This document shows positions 25,639 to 26,959 of a DNA stretch of 26,959 nt, piece after piece (position 1 is the first letter of the stretch; each line of letters begins with the position of its first letter). Under the pieces are notes generated by a model, which was given only the letters and a program-made list of their open reading frames with translations, was not told where the DNA came from and searched no databases. Source of the stretch: a virus (Duplodnaviria > Heunggongvirae > Uroviricota > Caudoviricetes); IMG/VR virus record IMGVR_UViG_3300033069_001022, positions 1 to 26,959 of that record; one strand, 5' to 3'. The position numbers and the translations under genes are program-made.

Positions 25639-26412
25639 ATCCTCTAATCTAGGTTCAACATCTCCTTCTTTTATTCTTATTGGATTAGCTATATCTCTAT
25701 TAAATTGAGATACATCTACAATAGAATAACCATATAAATCTCTAATCCTTTGCTTATCTTCACTGCTTTTGTCAATAGTGGCTTTTTTAGAAGGAAGTTC
25801 TTTCTCTAACTTAGTAAGTCCTATATGATCACTAATAATAAGTTTTATTTTATTAGGCTCATTATCAGCGTATACAGGATGATATTTATCAGTTGTATCT
25901 AAAATCCCATGTTCAGAAGCATATTTATCCATGTATTTCCTAATACCTGTAGGATTCTGTGGACCAGGTATAATGGTTACTTTTTCGAGCAAATTAGCTA
26001 TATATTCCTTATACATGAGGAATAAATCATGTTCATCTTTGGTAAGTCTTAAATGTTTGTTAACCCAACCAAATAACCTAGCTACAGGAATTATCATCCC
26101 TGTATCCAGGAATATTTTTCTGCTAATCCATTTAGCAAGTTTAAAATTAGTTCTTCTTTCCATAGAAAAATAGATAATTTCCATATCTATATCTTTTGGT
26201 TTGGTTTCTAATAACCAATCCATAGGATTTAACACAAAAGCATCATCTATAAGACTTGTTTTACCAGAACCTGTATATCCTCCAATAAGATAATACATAC
26301 CCCCTCTAATAGATATATGACTATTTAATCTGGTAAAACCCATAGGTATACCACTATTTCTACCATCAATCCCAGCTTGCACTTCATTTGCAAGTAATTC
26401 AAAATCATTCAT
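25639..26412 (-). CDS. DnaB-like (SF4) replicative helicase, exon 1
   Basis: GIPMGF..L, Walker A GGYTGSGKTS, YFSMER, Walker B IISDHIGL, VSQFNR. Confidence 0.88.
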
Positions 26413-26415
26413 AAA

Positions 26416-26626
26416 TTAATATATTTCATATGATTCAATACATAAGTCTGTTTCATTAAATAAATCTATTTCACCATCTCCCACCCACCAAGTATTTCCA
26501 TTTATCCCTTTACACAGAATAGAAGACTGATCTATATCGTTTATAACGGTTACAACTTCTCCTATTTCCACCTTCTCTAGACAAAATTATAACTTTCATC
26601 CCATTTTTAAAAATTTGTTTTTCCAT
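26416..26626 (-). pseudogene. frameshifted YEIY-tail gene (or 51-aa gene from GTG 26571)
   Basis: Frame 1 MEKQIFKNGMKVIILSREGG...* (26626-26510); the +1 frame continues IGEVVTVINDIDQSSILCKGINGNTWWVGDGEIDLFNETDLCIESYEIY*; span of 211 nt is not a multiple of 3. Confidence 0.55.
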
Positions 26627-26826
26627 TATTTTTTAATTGAACTTTTTAGTACTAAATCCCAGTCTTCTCCCATTTGAACTAATGGTTGAGTTTGAGAAAG
26701 TATGGATAAGAAACCTTGAAGCATCCCACTTTGAGATTCTGTTAAACCAATCTGTAATATCCTGCCGTCATCGGTTTGTTGTATTAAAGCTATTTTTCCA
26801 GGTTCTAGTGTTTTAAAATTTTTCAT
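26626..26826 (-). CDS. hypothetical protein
   Basis: 66-aa ORF; TAATG overlap with the next start. Confidence 0.65.
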   Translation of the reverse strand: MKNFKTLEPGKIALIQQTDDGRILQIGLTESQSGMLQGFLSILSQTQPLVQMGEDWDLVLKSSIKK

Positions 26827-26836
26827 ATTCTATTTT

Positions 26837-26959
26837 TTACTTATTTACTTCTCTGGACTGTAAATTTTCCCCACATATAGGGCAGTATTTGTCATTGTTT
26901 ACCTTTACACGTTTATCATGAATCCGTTCAGGACATCCATCAGGCTTTACAGATGGGGT
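26837..26959 (-). CDS. 3' end of a gene running off the window, zinc-ribbon-like
   Basis: Open frame TPSVKPDGCPERIHDKRVKVNNDKYCPICGENLQSREVNK*. Confidence 0.5.
   Translation of the reverse strand, partial: TPSVKPDGCPERIHDKRVKVNNDKYCPICGENLQSREVNK

Larger units (their letters stand above)
22224..26430 (-). repeat. 15-nt gene-junction motif TATGAAATATAYTAA, 10 copies (22224, 22446, 22615, 22931, 23136, 23369, 23601, 23818, 24091, 26416); outliers at 4520 and 10916
   Basis: Read directly; always in frame with a stop codon, encoding YEIY* (variants YELY*, NEIH*, TEIY*). Confidence 0.9.

Noticed and set aside
1959-26173. All plus-strand ORFs in the track (e.g. 1959-2165, 3120-3353, 8030-8305, 10753-11010, 11010-11216, 12372-12654, 14405-14629, 22166-22438, 25931-26173)
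   Set aside because: They are antisense shadows of well-supported minus-strand genes, with Ser/Phe/Ile/Leu-rich composition and no motifs
22224-26430. CRISPR array or attC-type integron interpretation of the 15-nt repeat
   Set aside because: Spacing is irregular (about 170-330 nt), the spacers are full ORFs, the repeat is short, non-palindromic and protein-coding, and no cas or integrase gene is in the window

Overview
AT-rich phage DNA with essentially every real gene on the minus strand. It is the replication/accessory module of a Bacteroidota-infecting, crAss-like (Crassvirales-type) phage. It carries a family A DNA polymerase, primase, DnaB-like and SF2 helicases, an AAA/Sak4-like ATPase, a putative SSB, a PD-(D/E)XK exonuclease, UDG, rIIA/rIIB and a DUF5664-HAD nucleotidase fusion, plus several TTTG-N19/20-TAnnTTTG Bacteroidota promoters. 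Two self-splicing group I introns are visible from pairing elements and restored reading frames: one in rIIB (8801-9886) and one in the DnaB-like helicase (24594-25638). Each carries a LAGLIDADG endonuclease with its own promoter, and there are four or five further free-standing HNH, GIY-YIG or LAGLIDADG endonucleases. The most unusual signal is a family of about 12 small, mostly unrelated proteins ending in the same C-terminal tail, mostly YEIY* (9 exact; variants YELY*, TEIY*, NEIH*). Ten cluster around the helicase gene and two lie elsewhere. The tail is encoded by a 15-nt motif, TATGAAATATAYTAA, that often also provides the ATG of the next gene. Three of these genes are missing from the ORF track, and two of those are frameshifted. 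No tRNA, rRNA or CRISPR array was seen. Functional calls come from motif recognition by eye, not database searches.
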